DNA from: Callorhinchus milii
Lineage: Eukaryota
NCBI RefSeq assembly: GCF_018977255.1
Contig: NW_024704742.1
Span: 85,498,001 to 85,562,000, forward strand
Length of the DNA stretch: 64,000 nt
Reading direction: 5' to 3'
Made by a program: the position numbers and the translations under genes. Under the pieces are notes generated by a model. That model was not told the origin of the DNA. It saw only the letters and a program-made list of their open reading frames with translations, and searched no databases. Positions within the stretch are counted from its first letter, which is position 1. Each line of letters starts with the position of its first letter. Shown here piece by piece: positions 62,850 through 64,000 of the stretch.

Positions 62850-64000
62850 ATGGTTACAAAGCCAACCACCCATTTGGCCAAGAAGGCGGGCACTCCGCCC
62901 GCCTCCACCAAAGCACAGAAATCCACTTCCAAACTGTCCCAGAGCGTGAAGTCCGACAGTAAAGTGGATGCCAAACCCGGGAGGCTGGTCAAAGAGATCA
63001 GATCAGTGATGATTGACCTGGGGACGGGTTACTGCAAAGCAGGTTTCGCGGGGCAGCCTAGACCTTCCCTGATCATGTCCTCAGTGGTGGGTAGACCCAC
63101 TCAGCGCAGTGCCAAGACAGGGGACAACCGGCAGGAGAACTACGTGGGGGAAGAGCTGAGCAACTCAGAGCCCAACCTCAAGCTGGTCAACCCACTGAGG
63201 CATGGGATCGTAGTGGACTGGGAGGGGGTAGAGGCCATCTGGTCTTACATCTTCCAGAAGGGGATGAAGATCCTGCCAGAGGAGCATGCTGTGATGGTGG
63301 CAGACCCTCCCCTCAGCCCCACCACCAACAGGGAGAAGATGGCAGAGTTATTGTTTGAGACCTTCAGCACCCCAGCCATGCACATTGCCTACCAGTCCAT
63401 TCTGTCACTCTACTCATACGGGAGGACCACAGGGTTGGTGGTGGAGAGCGGGCACGGGGTGACCCATGTGGTGCCAGTCCATGAAGGATACAACATGCCC
63501 CACGTGACAGGCAGAGCTGACTACAGCGGCTCAGACCTTAACGAATACCTGATGAAGCTGCTGAACGAGCAGGGCAACAAGTTCACTGAGAAAGGGCTGC
63601 ACATCGTGGAAGACATCAAGAAGAAATGTTGCTACACAGCCATTAACTTCGAGCAGGACATGAATCTGGATGTCAATGAGTACTTGGTGGAGTATGAGCT
63701 CCCTGATGGGCATGTCATTGCAATAGGGAAGGAGAGGTTCAGATGCCCAGAGGCTCTCTTCAACCCATCCCTCATTGGATCCAAGGAACCAGGGATCCAT
63801 TCATTGGCTCTGCACAGCCTGGACATGTGTGACAGCAACCTCAAGTACGACATGTACAGCAACATCCTGCTCTGTGGAGGCTCCACCATGTTCGAAGGCT
63901 TCTCAGATCGTCTGCAGAAGGAAATGAACAAGATGGAGAGAGGGATGAACCCCATCGTGCACTCCATCCCCGAGAGAAAGTACTCGGTGTGGCTTGGGGG
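62850..64000 (+). CDS. Intronless actin-like protein 7A-like, copy 2 (3' end beyond the window)
   Basis: Hand-translated open frame from aaaATGG at 62850 (in-frame TAA 62835-62837 upstream): MVTKPTTHLAKKAG...KEIRSVMIDLGTGYCKAGFAG...AKTGDNRQENYVG...LKLVNPLRHGIVVDW...PAMHIAYQS...LLCGGSTMF...PERKYSVWLG; no stop before 64000. Confidence 0.92.
   Translation, partial: MVTKPTTHLAKKAGTPPASTKAQKSTSKLSQSVKSDSKVDAKPGRLVKEIRSVMIDLGTGYCKAGFAGQPRPSLIMSSVVGRPTQRSAKTGDNRQENYVGEELSNSEPNLKLVNPLRHGIVVDWEGVEAIWSYIFQKGMKILPEEHAVMVADPPLSPTTNREKMAELLFETFSTPAMHIAYQSILSLYSYGRTTGLVVESGHGVTHVVPVHEGYNMPHVTGRADYSGSDLNEYLMKLLNEQGNKFTEKGLHIVEDIKKKCCYTAINFEQDMNLDVNEYLVEYELPDGHVIAIGKERFRCPEALFNPSLIGSKEPGIHSLALHSLDMCDSNLKYDMYSNILLCGGSTMFEGFSDRLQKEMNKMERGMNPIVHSIPERKYSVWLG

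Overview
Eukaryotic (vertebrate, most likely cartilaginous-fish, inferred from the repeat content) genomic window, not prokaryotic; most entries in the ORF track are spurious or repeat-derived. Left to right it holds: (1) one coding exon of an LRMDA/C10orf11-like leucine-rich-repeat gene on the minus strand, ending at a perfect U12 minor-spliceosome donor, with the rest presumably outside the window; (2) complete SMU1 (+, 12 exons, 513 aa); (3) complete DNAJA1 (-, 8 coding exons, 398 aa) with a perfect four-unit heat-shock element; (4) complete APTX (+, 7 coding exons, 352 aa), divergent from DNAJA1 as in human; (5) two tandem intronless ACTL7A-like actin genes (+), the second running off the window end and absent from the ORF track. 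Introns and intergenic DNA are full of L2 and CR1 LINE fragments, two tRNA-derived SINE families with L2-type tails, hAT and Tc1/mariner-type relics, a tRNA-Glu pseudogene, a 44/46-bp minisatellite and G-rich/C-rich simple repeats. I see no clearly novel multi-gene system. The best leads are the ACTL7A-like tandem pair, the U12-intron LRR gene and a recurrent head-less SINE form bounded by inverted repeats. Family assignments rest on recalled vertebrate sequences and motifs, not database searches.
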